This document shows positions 48,160 to 58,172 of a stretch of 64,000 nt of DNA, one piece after another. Within the stretch, counting starts at the first letter, position 1. Every line of letters starts with the position of its first letter. Where the stretch lies: sequence record OR805294.1. One strand, written 5' to 3'. The translations under genes were made by a program, and so were the position numbers. The notes beneath the pieces are model-generated. The model was not told where the DNA came from. It searched no databases and saw only the letters and a list, made by a program, of their open reading frames with translations.

Positions 48160-50181
48160 ATGAAAAATTATTTGTTAACTGTACCTGTCAATTCTAATGT
48201 AGATTATACTAAACTAGATATACGCGATTTTGTTCCTGCAATAAAAGAATTAACAACTAGATTATTTTATAACACAGGTGTAACACTTCAAAAAGAAACT
48301 ATTTTGTTTAATGATTTGGTAGTATCCGAAGATGCTAGTCGATTAGCATTTATTAATAGCATTTTGCATAATCTATTGAATACCTGCTCTACTACTGAGT
48401 TAGAAAATATTGCAGATGAGTGTGATACTATTTGCACAGAATACTATAATAATTCTAGAATCGCATATTCTGAAAGAGAATACAATGCATATAAAAATAT
48501 AAAAAATAATGAATCTTATTTTTCAAGTCTAAAATATTATGAACAAAAATATGTGATTGATGCCATAGAATATTACGAAGAAGAATCTGATATTAATTTC
48601 TCGCATGATACAAAAATATACCTATCATCTTTATATTCAAAACTTAATAAAGCACAGCAGAATTTTTCTAATAATATAATAAAACATACTGCAAAAAACA
48701 GGTATTACTTTGAACACGATTTTCAAGTTGAAGGTATACCAGATAACATAAAAGATATAATGCGGGAGAATGCAAGGGTAGACGGTCATGAATCTGGATA
48801 TGTAGCTACAACTGAACACTACATCTACACAGCTATAATGCAATATTGTTCGTACGAGTATACTAGAAAAACAATGTTAGAAGCTTTTTATGTAGCTAGT
48901 AACGGCGAATATAGCAATACAACTAATATAACAGATATTGTATCTATTAAATCCGAAATAGCAAAATTGTTTGGGTTTAGTACGTTTGCAGAAAAATCAT
49001 TAAAGCATAAAATGGCAAAAACACCCGATAATGTATTTTCTGTATTAAATAAATTGAAAGACTTAGTAGTAGATAAAGCATTAGAAGAAGAAAAAGAACT
49101 TTTAACTTTCGCTAAATCTAAAGGATACCAACGACCTTCTGTCCGCGCCGCTGACAGAAATTATTATTCTACTATGAGATTAAAAGAAGAATATAATTTA
49201 GACAAAAAGGTTATAGAAGAGTATTATACATATGCCGGTGTTCTTCCTTGTATATATGGTGTTATAAAAAAACTTTTTGATGTTACATTTGTAGAAGACC
49301 CTAATGCATCTGTGTGGCATGAAGATGTTAAATGCTATAAGGTATTCGAAGATAGCAAGCATATTGCATATATTTTTATAGATCCGTTTTCTAGGAACGG
49401 AAAACAATCCGGGGCATGGATGAATGGTATTATTAAAAGGGATTTTGCTTATAATACTACTCTACCGGTTGCAGTAATAGTGACTAATCTGTCAAAAACA
49501 TCTATTACGTTAGATGATGTACGTACACTCTTGCATGAATTTGGTCATGCATTACACCATGTACTTACTAAAGTAGAATTTCCTAATTATAATGGAATTT
49601 CTGTAGAATGGGATGCAGTAGAATTGCCGAGCCAGTTATTGGAAAATTGGATTAATGATAAAGAGCTTTTAATTGAAATGTCGTCTCATTATTCTACAAA
49701 AGAAAAAATTCCAGAATATATAATTGATAACTGGTTGGCTATAGATAATTATATGGCTGCGTCTTCTTTAAGAACACAGTTATTATATTCATTAGTAGAT
49801 ATGAAAATTTTTAATAGCAATGCAAAGACAGATAAAGATTGTATAGAAATTTTTAATGAAGTAGCAAAAGATTTAAAATTAAACACAGAAGATAATCCGT
49901 TTATGCATTTGTTTTTATATTCGTTTTCTCATATATTTTCCGGAGGATATACAGCAGGTTATTATAGCTATTTGTGGGCAGAAATTATGTCAAGTGATGT
50001 TTATTTAGAATTTAAAAATAAAGGAATGTATAATATAGAATTTGCTAATAAAATTAAAAAAGATATTCTATATGCAGGTTCTATTAATGACTTTGATGTA
50101 ATGTATAGAACATTAATGGGTAGAGATCCTGACCCAGAATCTCTGCTAATAGTTAGGGGATTGCAGAATAGCAAAAAATAA
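48160..50181 (+). CDS. M3-family oligopeptidase A (OpdA/PrlC-like)
   Basis: KQSGAWM, HEFGHALHH zinc motif, WDAVELPSQLLENW, FSHIFSGGYTAGYYSYLWAE, GRDP. Confidence 0.92.
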   Translation: MKNYLLTVPVNSNVDYTKLDIRDFVPAIKELTTRLFYNTGVTLQKETILFNDLVVSEDASRLAFINSILHNLLNTCSTTELENIADECDTICTEYYNNSRIAYSEREYNAYKNIKNNESYFSSLKYYEQKYVIDAIEYYEEESDINFSHDTKIYLSSLYSKLNKAQQNFSNNIIKHTAKNRYYFEHDFQVEGIPDNIKDIMRENARVDGHESGYVATTEHYIYTAIMQYCSYEYTRKTMLEAFYVASNGEYSNTTNITDIVSIKSEIAKLFGFSTFAEKSLKHKMAKTPDNVFSVLNKLKDLVVDKALEEEKELLTFAKSKGYQRPSVRAADRNYYSTMRLKEEYNLDKKVIEEYYTYAGVLPCIYGVIKKLFDVTFVEDPNASVWHEDVKCYKVFEDSKHIAYIFIDPFSRNGKQSGAWMNGIIKRDFAYNTTLPVAVIVTNLSKTSITLDDVRTLLHEFGHALHHVLTKVEFPNYNGISVEWDAVELPSQLLENWINDKELLIEMSSHYSTKEKIPEYIIDNWLAIDNYMAASSLRTQLLYSLVDMKIFNSNAKTDKDCIEIFNEVAKDLKLNTEDNPFMHLFLYSFSHIFSGGYTAGYYSYLWAEIMSSDVYLEFKNKGMYNIEFANKIKKDILYAGSINDFDVMYRTLMGRDPDPESLLIVRGLQNSKK

Positions 50182-50272
50182 TAAATTTTGCTACATATAT
50201 AAAAAGCTATGTAACGCTATGCTATTTGGCTTTTGTTGCATTTTATAGCACAAAAACCCCATAAAAATAGCC

Positions 50273-50301
50273 TAGACAAGCAACTGTAAACACTGTATAA
50301 T
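50273..50301 (+). promoter_or_regulatory. Sigma70-type promoter
   Basis: TAGACA-17 bp-TATAAT upstream of ORF50329. Confidence 0.65.
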
Positions 50302-50328
50302 TGCTTTATTATAGTAAGGGATAAAATA

Positions 50329-50625
50329 ATGAACATTCATTTATCTTTTAAGGAACAACTTTCTAAGCTAATTGATGAAAACATAAATAAATACCCCGAT
50401 GCTATAGATTGGATAGTATCTCAAATGGCTTTAATAGATATTGAATCTAAAAAGACAAAAGCAGAATCTATTATGGAAGCTCTTATAGGTGATACTGAAT
50501 TTTTTAATAACCCTATAGAACAGGGTGGAAGTAATAAAGATTTTATAGTGTGGTATGTAACTAAATATAATTGTACTACTAAATACGCTATAGAACGGTT
50601 ACTTCATTATTGTAAACAGAATTAG
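50329..50625 (+). CDS. Hypothetical protein
   Basis: AAGGGA SD, promoter upstream. Confidence 0.7.
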   Translation: MNIHLSFKEQLSKLIDENINKYPDAIDWIVSQMALIDIESKKTKAESIMEALIGDTEFFNNPIEQGGSNKDFIVWYVTKYNCTTKYAIERLLHYCKQN

Positions 50626-50712
50626 CCCTTAGGACCGCCAAATGTTTTGGCTTAAGGCGCACCGGTGCTGTATCGGAGCTTAGTGATTCGCTACCACAAA
50701 AGCATAAGCAGC

Positions 50713-50740
50713 TAGGAGACTTAAAACGTCTCCTATTTTT
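50713..50740 (+). terminator. Intrinsic terminator
   Basis: TAGGAGAC-ttaaaac-GTCTCCTA-TTTTT. Confidence 0.8.
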
Positions 50741-50761
50741 ATATATACAGGAGTAAAGTAT

Positions 50762-50947
50762 ATGAATAGCGATTATGCCTCTATGTTTATAGTAATATTT
50801 GCCATATTAGTTGTGTTTATTTGTAAACCGACAACATTTAATGAGCCTAAAAACACCATCGATACAAACAAAAGCAATGTAGCGAACGACAGTATTCCAC
50901 TTACAGGAAACATTTCTAGAACACCGGGTATAGGTACAGGATTATGA
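50762..50947 (+). CDS. Small membrane-anchored protein
   Basis: CAGGAG SD; N-terminal hydrophobic helix; TGA overlaps the ATG of the next ORF. Confidence 0.65.
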   Translation: MNSDYASMFIVIFAILVVFICKPTTFNEPKNTIDTNKSNVANDSIPLTGNISRTPGIGTGL

Positions 50948-51096
50948 AAAAGAAAAACCCAATCGAACGCAATCCAGTTGCACATCATGTAAACACATTT
51001 AACAAACCTAAAGTAGAAAAAGACAAGACAAAATACTCTAGGAAACAAAAACACAGGACTAGGAATAGTCCTGATTTTTTATGTATAATATATTGA
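50944..51096 (+). CDS. ArfA-like small basic protein (50 aa, not in ORF track)
   Basis: MKKKNPIERNPVAHHVNTFNKPKVEKDKTKYSRKQKHRTRNSPDFLCIIY*; F..VEK.K.K.Y.RK.KH resembles the ArfA core. Confidence 0.6.
   Translation: MKKKNPIERNPVAHHVNTFNKPKVEKDKTKYSRKQKHRTRNSPDFLCIIY
51054..51080 (+). terminator. Intrinsic terminator inside the ArfA-like ORF, upstream of its stop
   Basis: CAGGACTA-GGAA-TAGTCCTG-ATTTTTT; the in-frame TGA is at 51094-96. Confidence 0.75.
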
Positions 51097-51122
51097 CAGA
51101 TATTGTATTTGGAATATACAAT
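51093..51122 (+). promoter_or_regulatory. Sigma70-type promoter
   Basis: TTGACA-18 bp-TACAAT. Confidence 0.6.
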
Positions 51123-51144
51123 ATGCATAACAAGGAGTGTTATT

Positions 51145-52263
51145 GTGGCAAAAACGAAACATATTTTTAAAGTTCCAGATTATTCTCTTTTAAAATTAGA
51201 TTCTAAGACATATACTAAGGATTATAGGAATGCAATTTGGTATTTGCATTATGAAGCATCTGCTGCTACTCTTAAATCTGCAACACTAAAATGGATTAAA
51301 AATAATACATCTTATGATGTAAAAGATTTATCTTCGTTGAGTGATTCTGATTTTTCTATTATCGGAAAATATTGTACTATACTAAATGCCGGCGGACAAC
51401 TTCCTAGTCATGCTAATTTCGTCGAATCACACATAGACAAGATATTTCAATCTATTAAAAAAGAAGAAATTACAGAAATTGTCGAAGAACCAGAACCTAA
51501 AATAGAGCATGATAGTTGCAAAGTTAAAAAAATAAGTATACAGGATAGAATTAAGAGCCAGGCATATAAAGCTTGCGGAGAAATTGAAGGATTAATAGAT
51601 CAATTTTATAGTAATCCTAGTGAGTTTGTAGTATCCCAGCAAGAAATAGAATCCTTATTTAAAAAATCAGAAATAAAATCCCATCATGTAAAATATATTA
51701 CTGAAATATATAGCACTAATAAAAAAGAATTAGAGGAGCTTTCGGCAGGAAAATCCGAACAGTTAAACGAAGGTTATAATTTTTTAACTAAACGGGATAT
51801 AAACAAAGCCATAAAGCTATTTAATTTAATTATAGAAACTGCGTCTAGTAGTAAAATAGTTACTGTTAAAAAACGAGCTAAAAAACAAAAGCCATTGGAT
51901 ATTTCTAAATTAGTTAAATCATTTAAATATTTAGAAAAAAGCACAGATCTTAACTTAGAAAGTATTAATCCTGTCCATATTGTTGGTGCAAAAGAAGTAT
52001 GGGTGTTTAATACAAAAAGTAGAAAGTTAGGAAAATATATTGCTTTAGACACTACAGGTCTATCAATAAAAGGAACTACTATAACTAATTTTTCTGAAAA
52101 AAGTATAGAAAAAACTATTCGTAAACCAGAAGAATATTTTAAAAATATTAAGAAAATTTCTAAAAAGGCAAAAGAAAAATTATTTGTAGATACTAAATCT
52201 GTCGAAACTAAACTAAAAGGAAGAACAAACGAGCATTGTATCATTCTTGAGGTTATAAAATAA
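51145..52263 (+). CDS. Conserved hypothetical phage protein (true start GTG 51145)
   Basis: AGGAG SD before GTG; INPVHIVGAKEVWVFNTKSRKLGKY...KTIRKPEE...GRTNEHCIIL. Confidence 0.75.
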   Translation: MAKTKHIFKVPDYSLLKLDSKTYTKDYRNAIWYLHYEASAATLKSATLKWIKNNTSYDVKDLSSLSDSDFSIIGKYCTILNAGGQLPSHANFVESHIDKIFQSIKKEEITEIVEEPEPKIEHDSCKVKKISIQDRIKSQAYKACGEIEGLIDQFYSNPSEFVVSQQEIESLFKKSEIKSHHVKYITEIYSTNKKELEELSAGKSEQLNEGYNFLTKRDINKAIKLFNLIIETASSSKIVTVKKRAKKQKPLDISKLVKSFKYLEKSTDLNLESINPVHIVGAKEVWVFNTKSRKLGKYIALDTTGLSIKGTTITNFSEKSIEKTIRKPEEYFKNIKKISKKAKEKLFVDTKSVETKLKGRTNEHCIILEVIK

Positions 52264-52298
52264 ATAGTGTTATCTATATATAGAGGCACTTTATAAAA

Positions 52299-53051
52299 AT
52301 GGCTACAAGTACAGCAAGAACAGAAATAAAGAAACAAATAATGCGAAGACTGGGAAATAGTATGACTGATGTAGAACTAGACCCAGAAGATTTAGATTTA
52401 GCAATAGATTTTGCAATAGATAGATACCGCCAGCGCGCCGAAAATGCTTGCATGGAAAGTATGCTGTTTATAACTCTGCAAAGAGATGAAACTGAATACA
52501 CTTTACCTACTGAAGTTCAAGAAGTAAGACGACTATATCGTAGATCTGTTGGATCGGGAACATCTGGCGGTACTAACTTTGATCCGTTTGAATCTGCATT
52601 TTCGAATATATTCTTTTTACAAGCAGGTCGAACCGGCGGTCTAGCAACATGGCATCTATTTTCCGAATACCAAGAAACCTTAGGAAGAATATTTGGATCT
52701 GAAATAAACTTTACATGGAACTATGCAGATAGAAAACTTACTATCATGCGAAAATTCCAAGGTGCCGAAACAGTATTGGTAGTTGTGTGGGTAGCAAAAT
52801 CTGAAGATGTGCTTTTGACTGATGTATATAGTAGACCGTGGTTAAGAGATTATGCTATTGCCCAGTCTAAATATATGTTAGGTGAAGCACGTAGTAAATT
52901 TACTAATGGCTTACCAGGACCGAACGGTAGTGTTACTTTAAACGGCGATCAGTTAAAACAAGAAGCATTTGCTGAAATGGAACGTTTAGAAAACGAAATT
53001 ATAAATTATACAACCGGGACATCGTTTGGTATGCCATTCATTATTGGATAA
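52299..53051 (+). CDS. gp13: Neck protein, gp13-like
   Basis: RLGNSMTDVELDPEDLDLAID, LGEARSKF..GLPGP.G.VTLNGD.LKQEA..E. Confidence 0.9.
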   Translation: MATSTARTEIKKQIMRRLGNSMTDVELDPEDLDLAIDFAIDRYRQRAENACMESMLFITLQRDETEYTLPTEVQEVRRLYRRSVGSGTSGGTNFDPFESAFSNIFFLQAGRTGGLATWHLFSEYQETLGRIFGSEINFTWNYADRKLTIMRKFQGAETVLVVVWVAKSEDVLLTDVYSRPWLRDYAIAQSKYMLGEARSKFTNGLPGPNGSVTLNGDQLKQEAFAEMERLENEIINYTTGTSFGMPFIIG

Positions 53052-53055
53052 ATGG

Positions 53056-53697
53056 ATGATTATAGGGACGTTAGGATTTATTGGGTCAGGAAAAAATACT
53101 GTAGCAAAATATTTAGTTGAAAATCATAATTTTATACAGGATAGTTTTGCGGCAGCGTTAAAGGATTTACTGTCATCTACTTTTAGTTGGGATAGAACGT
53201 TATTAGAAGGTACCACACCTGAATCTAGGCGTTGGAGAGAAACTACAGATACATGGTGGGCGACAAAGTTAGGTATACCTAATTTTACTCCTAGGTATGC
53301 AATGCAATATATAGGAACTGATGTATTACGGATGCATTTTAATGATAATTTATGGATATTAACATTAGAAAAGCGATTAGAATCATTTATACAAAATAAT
53401 AAGAATGTAGTAGTATCAGATGTAAGATTTAAAAATGAATATAATATGCTAAAGCAATATGGTACAAAGTTCATATATGTAGAAAACGTTATCCCAGAAT
53501 GGTATAATATTGCATTAGACTTAAATACATCAGATTATACTGATAAAGAAAAACAAAATATTATTGAGAATTCGACATTAAACGGTGTCCATATATCCGA
53601 ATGGGACTGGGTAGGATTGGGTTACGATGAAAAAATTATTAATAATAGTACACTGGAAGAACTGTTTCTAACTGTAGATAGTATTATTAATAAATAA
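53056..53697 (+). CDS. gp1: Deoxynucleoside monophosphate kinase
   Basis: IIGTLGFIGSGKNT, SFAAALKD, TPRYAMQYIGT, VVSDVRFKNE, HISEWDW. Confidence 0.92.
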   Translation: MIIGTLGFIGSGKNTVAKYLVENHNFIQDSFAAALKDLLSSTFSWDRTLLEGTTPESRRWRETTDTWWATKLGIPNFTPRYAMQYIGTDVLRMHFNDNLWILTLEKRLESFIQNNKNVVVSDVRFKNEYNMLKQYGTKFIYVENVIPEWYNIALDLNTSDYTDKEKQNIIENSTLNGVHISEWDWVGLGYDEKIINNSTLEELFLTVDSIINK

Positions 53698-53700
53698 TAT

Positions 53701-53726
53701 AAATAGGGGCAATGCCCCTATTTTAT
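53701..53726. terminator. Terminator
   Basis: AAATAGGGGCA-a-TGCCCCTATTT. Confidence 0.75.
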
Positions 53727-53760
53727 TGAGTGTTATATCTGCAATGATTATTAAGTATGC

Positions 53761-53768
53761 GATAAATA
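53761..53768 (+). promoter_or_regulatory. Putative late promoter GATAAATA (sheath)
   Basis: Upstream of the GGGAG SD and ATG 53815. Confidence 0.65.
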
Positions 53769-53814
53769 CTGATATCGTAATACTGTATAATTCATAAAGG
53801 GAGATTATAACACA

Positions 53815-56454
53815 ATGGCAACTCTCATTTCTCCGGGTGTAAGTGTAACTATAACAGACGAATCTTTTTATGCATCGTCTGGTCCGGGAACTGTACCGCT
53901 TATAATCATAGCAACTGCTCAAGATAAAACTGATAGTGCCGGTACTGGAATTGCACCGGGAACCACTAGACAAAATGCAGGTAGACTATGGCTAATTAGT
54001 TCTCAAAGAGAACTACTACAAACGTTTGGTGTCCCGACTTTTAAAACAGTCGGCGGAACTGCATTACACGGATATGAACTAAATGAATATGGATTGTTAG
54101 CAGCACATTCGTATTTAGGAATATCTAATAGAGCATATGTTGTGCGGGCAGATGTAGACACATCTCAGTTAGAACCGTCTGATACTGAGCCCACTGCTAA
54201 TCCTGCAGACAACACCTATTGGTTAAACCCTACAAAAGTTGTGTCGGGGTTGTATGAGTCTAACGGCACTGACTGGGTAAAAGCAAATGTATTCTATGCA
54301 ACTGAATTTGACGCAGCTGGTCGCCCAGCAAATGTTCCGTCTAGTTACAAATATGCAATGTCAGTAGGACAAGCTGCTCCTAACGTAGAAAATGCAATAT
54401 ATAGACGCAATATATCCGGCGCCTGGGTTTTAATTACTGCTAACGATAATACAGTTGTATATAATAAGGTATATCCTGTAGTAGGTGCTGTAGGGAATCT
54501 ATGGGTAAACCTAAGGGAAACTTCATATGCATTGTCTAGATTCGATGCAAATGTAGGAAGTTTTGTATCCGTATCTACTCCTTTGTACAAAACAAGCGAT
54601 GATGCTACCGACGGTTTCGGAACTACACTACGCCAGGGCTCGGTGTTTGTGCAATATAATGCAAAAGGAACATTATCTAGTGCAGTTAATCCTGCAGTAA
54701 CTGAACTACAACATAAGGTAAAAATACACAACGGTAACACTTTCACTGCTGTTTCTGTAACCTTAGCAGCAACTGGTCCTTATAGCGATACATTAGTATT
54801 AGGACGCTATAACGGAACATCAGTGACAGTTAACGCATCTGGTTCTAGCGTAGAGGCATTTGCTCAATCGTTAGGACAAGCTTTAGTTTCTAACGGTGTT
54901 ACTGATATTTCAGTTAATTACAATACTGCCTCTAGAATGGTAGCGTTAGTTAACGATAGTGGAAAAGATATAATAGTTACATCATCTACTATGTTTAGTG
55001 CCGGCATATATTCTAATTGGGTTCCACTAGAATATAGTTCTGCTGTAAAACAACCGTCCGGTCAATTAGATAACGGTACATTGTGGTACAGCACAGATTA
55101 TAAAGTTGACATTCTAGTTAATGATGGCGTAGGAGCATGGACTGATTTAGCTGGCAGTTTATTTGTACAAAGTGCTGAACCTACTACTAACGTAGCTGAC
55201 GGCGATGTATGGGTAAGCACTTCGTCTGCAGGCAATTATCCGGTTATATATCGTAGGGTAAATAACCAGTGGAGATTAGTAGATAATACTGATCAAACAA
55301 CACCTAACGGTGTAATATTTGCTGATGCAAGACCTGTAAATTCCGGAGCATTAGATGCAGACGCACCGGACGCACTTGCATATCCGCAGGGAATCTTACT
55401 ATTTAACACTCGCTATTCCACACGTAACGTTAAACAATGGCAAAATAATTATACCTTTGAAGGTAACGTTATAGGAGATAGATGGGTATCTGTTAGTGGT
55501 TTAAGATCGGATGGTTCTTTATACACCGGCGGCGAAGCAGTTAAACAAGTAGTCGTTCGTTCTATTGCTAGCACAATACAGGCTAATGAAGATATTCGTT
55601 CTGAAAACGTGTTTTATAACCTAATTGCTGCGCCTGGCTATCCTGAATTAATAGACGAGTTAGTAGCATTAAACGTTGATAGAAAACAAACTGCATTTGT
55701 TATAGGCGATTCGCCATTTACTTTGAGTGCAACTGGTACTAATTTACAAGAATGGTCTTCTAATTCTAAATTAGCAACAGAAAACGGTTCAGATGGATTA
55801 GTTACTGCTGATCCGTATTTAGGTGTATATTATCCGTCCGGTCTAAGTACAGATCTAAATGGTAATAATGTAGTTGTTCCTCCTAGTCATATGTTACTTC
55901 GTACTATCGCGTATAATGACCAAGTTGCATATCCGTGGTTCGCCCCGGCAGGATATCAACGCGGTATAGTGTCTAACGCAACTTCGGTAGGTTATATAAA
56001 CAGCGAAGGTGAATTCGTTGCAGTTTCGTTAAATGAAGGGCAGCGGGATACTCTGTATACTAATAATGTTAACCCAATATCGCAAGTGCCTAATAGAGGT
56101 ATAGTGGTATGGGGTCAAAAATCTAGAAATCCAGTTACTTCGTCATTGGATAGAGTTAACGTAGCAAGATTGGTAAACTATGTTAGATATCAATTAGATT
56201 TGTTGCTAAAACCGTTTGTATTCGAGCCAAACGATTCACGTACTCGTCAAGCAGTACAGGTAGCAGTAGAGGCTTTCTTAAGCGAAATAGTAACATTACG
56301 CGGTATCACTGATTTCGTTGTAGACTGTTCTGATTCTAATAATACTCCGGATCGTATAGATAGAAACGAATTGTGGGTTGACGTTGCAATAGTGCCCACC
56401 CGTGCAGTTGAATTTATTTATGTTCCGATTCGTTTGCAAAATACTGGATCTTAA
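53815..56454 (+). CDS. gp18: Tail sheath protein (with large insertion domains)
   Basis: LISPGVSV, NLIAAPGYP, VPPSH, YPWFAPAG..RG, RDTLYTNNVNPI, WGQK, SLDRVNVARL, FEPND, AVEFIYVP. Confidence 0.95.
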   Translation: MATLISPGVSVTITDESFYASSGPGTVPLIIIATAQDKTDSAGTGIAPGTTRQNAGRLWLISSQRELLQTFGVPTFKTVGGTALHGYELNEYGLLAAHSYLGISNRAYVVRADVDTSQLEPSDTEPTANPADNTYWLNPTKVVSGLYESNGTDWVKANVFYATEFDAAGRPANVPSSYKYAMSVGQAAPNVENAIYRRNISGAWVLITANDNTVVYNKVYPVVGAVGNLWVNLRETSYALSRFDANVGSFVSVSTPLYKTSDDATDGFGTTLRQGSVFVQYNAKGTLSSAVNPAVTELQHKVKIHNGNTFTAVSVTLAATGPYSDTLVLGRYNGTSVTVNASGSSVEAFAQSLGQALVSNGVTDISVNYNTASRMVALVNDSGKDIIVTSSTMFSAGIYSNWVPLEYSSAVKQPSGQLDNGTLWYSTDYKVDILVNDGVGAWTDLAGSLFVQSAEPTTNVADGDVWVSTSSAGNYPVIYRRVNNQWRLVDNTDQTTPNGVIFADARPVNSGALDADAPDALAYPQGILLFNTRYSTRNVKQWQNNYTFEGNVIGDRWVSVSGLRSDGSLYTGGEAVKQVVVRSIASTIQANEDIRSENVFYNLIAAPGYPELIDELVALNVDRKQTAFVIGDSPFTLSATGTNLQEWSSNSKLATENGSDGLVTADPYLGVYYPSGLSTDLNGNNVVVPPSHMLLRTIAYNDQVAYPWFAPAGYQRGIVSNATSVGYINSEGEFVAVSLNEGQRDTLYTNNVNPISQVPNRGIVVWGQKSRNPVTSSLDRVNVARLVNYVRYQLDLLLKPFVFEPNDSRTRQAVQVAVEAFLSEIVTLRGITDFVVDCSDSNNTPDRIDRNELWVDVAIVPTRAVEFIYVPIRLQNTGS

Positions 56455-56474
56455 CATAAATTAGTAATGCAAAA

Positions 56475-56499
56475 TAAAAAGGCACTTAGTGCCTTTTTA
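56475..56499. terminator. Terminator after sheath
   Basis: TAAAAAGGCACT-t-AGTGCCTTTTTA. Confidence 0.8.
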
Positions 56500-56500
56500 T

Positions 56501-56529
56501 TTGACTATAAATTATATCTATAGTATACT
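56501..56529 (+). promoter_or_regulatory. Sigma70-type promoter of homing endonuclease 2
   Basis: TTGACT-17 bp-TATACT. Confidence 0.7.
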
Positions 56530-56555
56530 ATTGTTTAAAACTAAGGATTGCTTTT

Positions 56556-58172
56556 ATGTCTATTGTATGTAAAATTTGTAATAAATCATTTCCTAGTATG
56601 ATTACAAGTACACATCTAAAAACACATAACATCACTACTGCAGAATACAAAGATCTTTATGGAAAATATTCTCTTGTATCAGATGAATATAGATCAAAGC
56701 GGTCAGAACAGTCATCTGGCATTAATAATCCTAATTATGGAAATAAATGGTCAGACAGCATGAAAGAATCTATGTCTAATAAAAAATCTGGAACTATTCC
56801 GTGGAATAAAGGCATAGAGTTACACGATACTACTATGTATGTGAAATCTGCAGAACAGAGAGAACTAAAGTACAAAGAAGGGATACTAACTAGGAAATCA
56901 TATGTCAGAACTGTAGAAATAAATAAAAAAATTTCTGATAGTGTGAAGAAGTATGCTGCAGAAAATAAAGAAGAAGTAAAACAGAGAAGTGCCAAAGCAA
57001 AAGATACATATAGTACAAAGAAAACGTTAGGGTTAGTGCAAATACGAAAAGGATATAAGTTAACCAAATCACATAAAGAAATAGCTATACAAACATTAAA
57101 CAATTATAGGGCTTCTAAAATAGCTGAATCTAATAAACAAATAGAAAGTAATATATCTCTTGCAAATCTAACATTATTAAATGACATAAATGAAAACAGC
57201 TTAGTGTTAAGGTGTAATATATGTAATAATGAATGTTCTTTTACAAAACAATATTTTAGAGCTAGTAAATTTAAAATAGAATTATGTCCTGTGTGTTATC
57301 CTAGAAATAGTAATAGATCTGAAAAAGAAAAAGAATTAGAATATTTTATAACAAGTTTAGGTATTTCATGTATAAATTCTGCACGTATAAACAATAAAGA
57401 AATAGATATATTTTGTAAAGAATTAAATATTGGATTTGAATTTAACGGATTATACTGGCATAGTGAGGATGTGTTAGAGTATTCTGGGTACAGTAAAACA
57501 AAAGATTACGAAAAGAAAATATTTTTTAGAGATAAAGGAATTAGATTAATTCAAATATTTGAAGATGAGTGGGACTTAAAGCAAGATATAGTAAAGAGTA
57601 GAATAAGAGCTATATTAGGAAAAACAGAACACAAAATATATGCAAGGAAATGTACTGTTAAAGAAATAAATTCTAAAGTTGCAAATGATTTTGTAGAAAA
57701 AACACATTTACAAGGTAAAGGTAGAGCAAATGTAAGATTAGGGTTGTATTATAACAATGAACTAGTTTCTGTAATGACATTTTTAAATAAAGATATTACT
57801 AATAAAACATCGAGCTGTCAGATAAATCGTTTTAGTGTAAAACATAATACATCTATCCCCGGCGCCGCGGGAAAATTATTTGCTTACTATATAAATAACT
57901 ATAATCCATCTAGTGTTATTTCGTATGCAGATTCTCGCTGGTCTGACGGTAATTTATATGAACAGCTAGGATTTAAATTAGATAAACAGACACTCCCTAA
58001 TTACTGGTATATAAAAGATAATGATCTTAAAAGATATCATAGATACAATTTTAGAAAAGATAAGTTGCCCGAAACTTTACTAACAGAAAAAGAATATATG
58101 GATAGTTTGGGATGGAATAGAATATGGGATTCGGGATCTACTAAATGGGTTTGGACAAATAAAGGGGCATAA
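56556..58172 (+). mobile_element. Free-standing Hef-like homing endonuclease 2 (C2H2/MucR-like N-terminus, NUMOD-like repeats)
   Basis: CKIC..HLKTH, NNPNYG, PWNKG, CPVC, RSEKEKEL, IDIF...GFEFNGLYWH, IFEDEW, YARKC, IWDSGSTKWVW; inserted between sheath and tube. Confidence 0.78.

Noticed and set aside
51774-52337. 187-aa antisense ORF, plus other long antisense ORFs (7776-8141, 13891-14640, 20627-20974, 27212-27643, 54345-54746, 29628-30014)
   Set aside because: They are shadow frames of recognisable genes on the opposite strand, with no SD and low-complexity L/S/F-rich translations.
53815-56454. Possible intein in the large sheath (or in gp46/portal)
   Set aside because: No Cys/Ser...His-Asn splice junction or LAGLIDADG motifs were seen; the extra length is consistent with sheath insertion domains.
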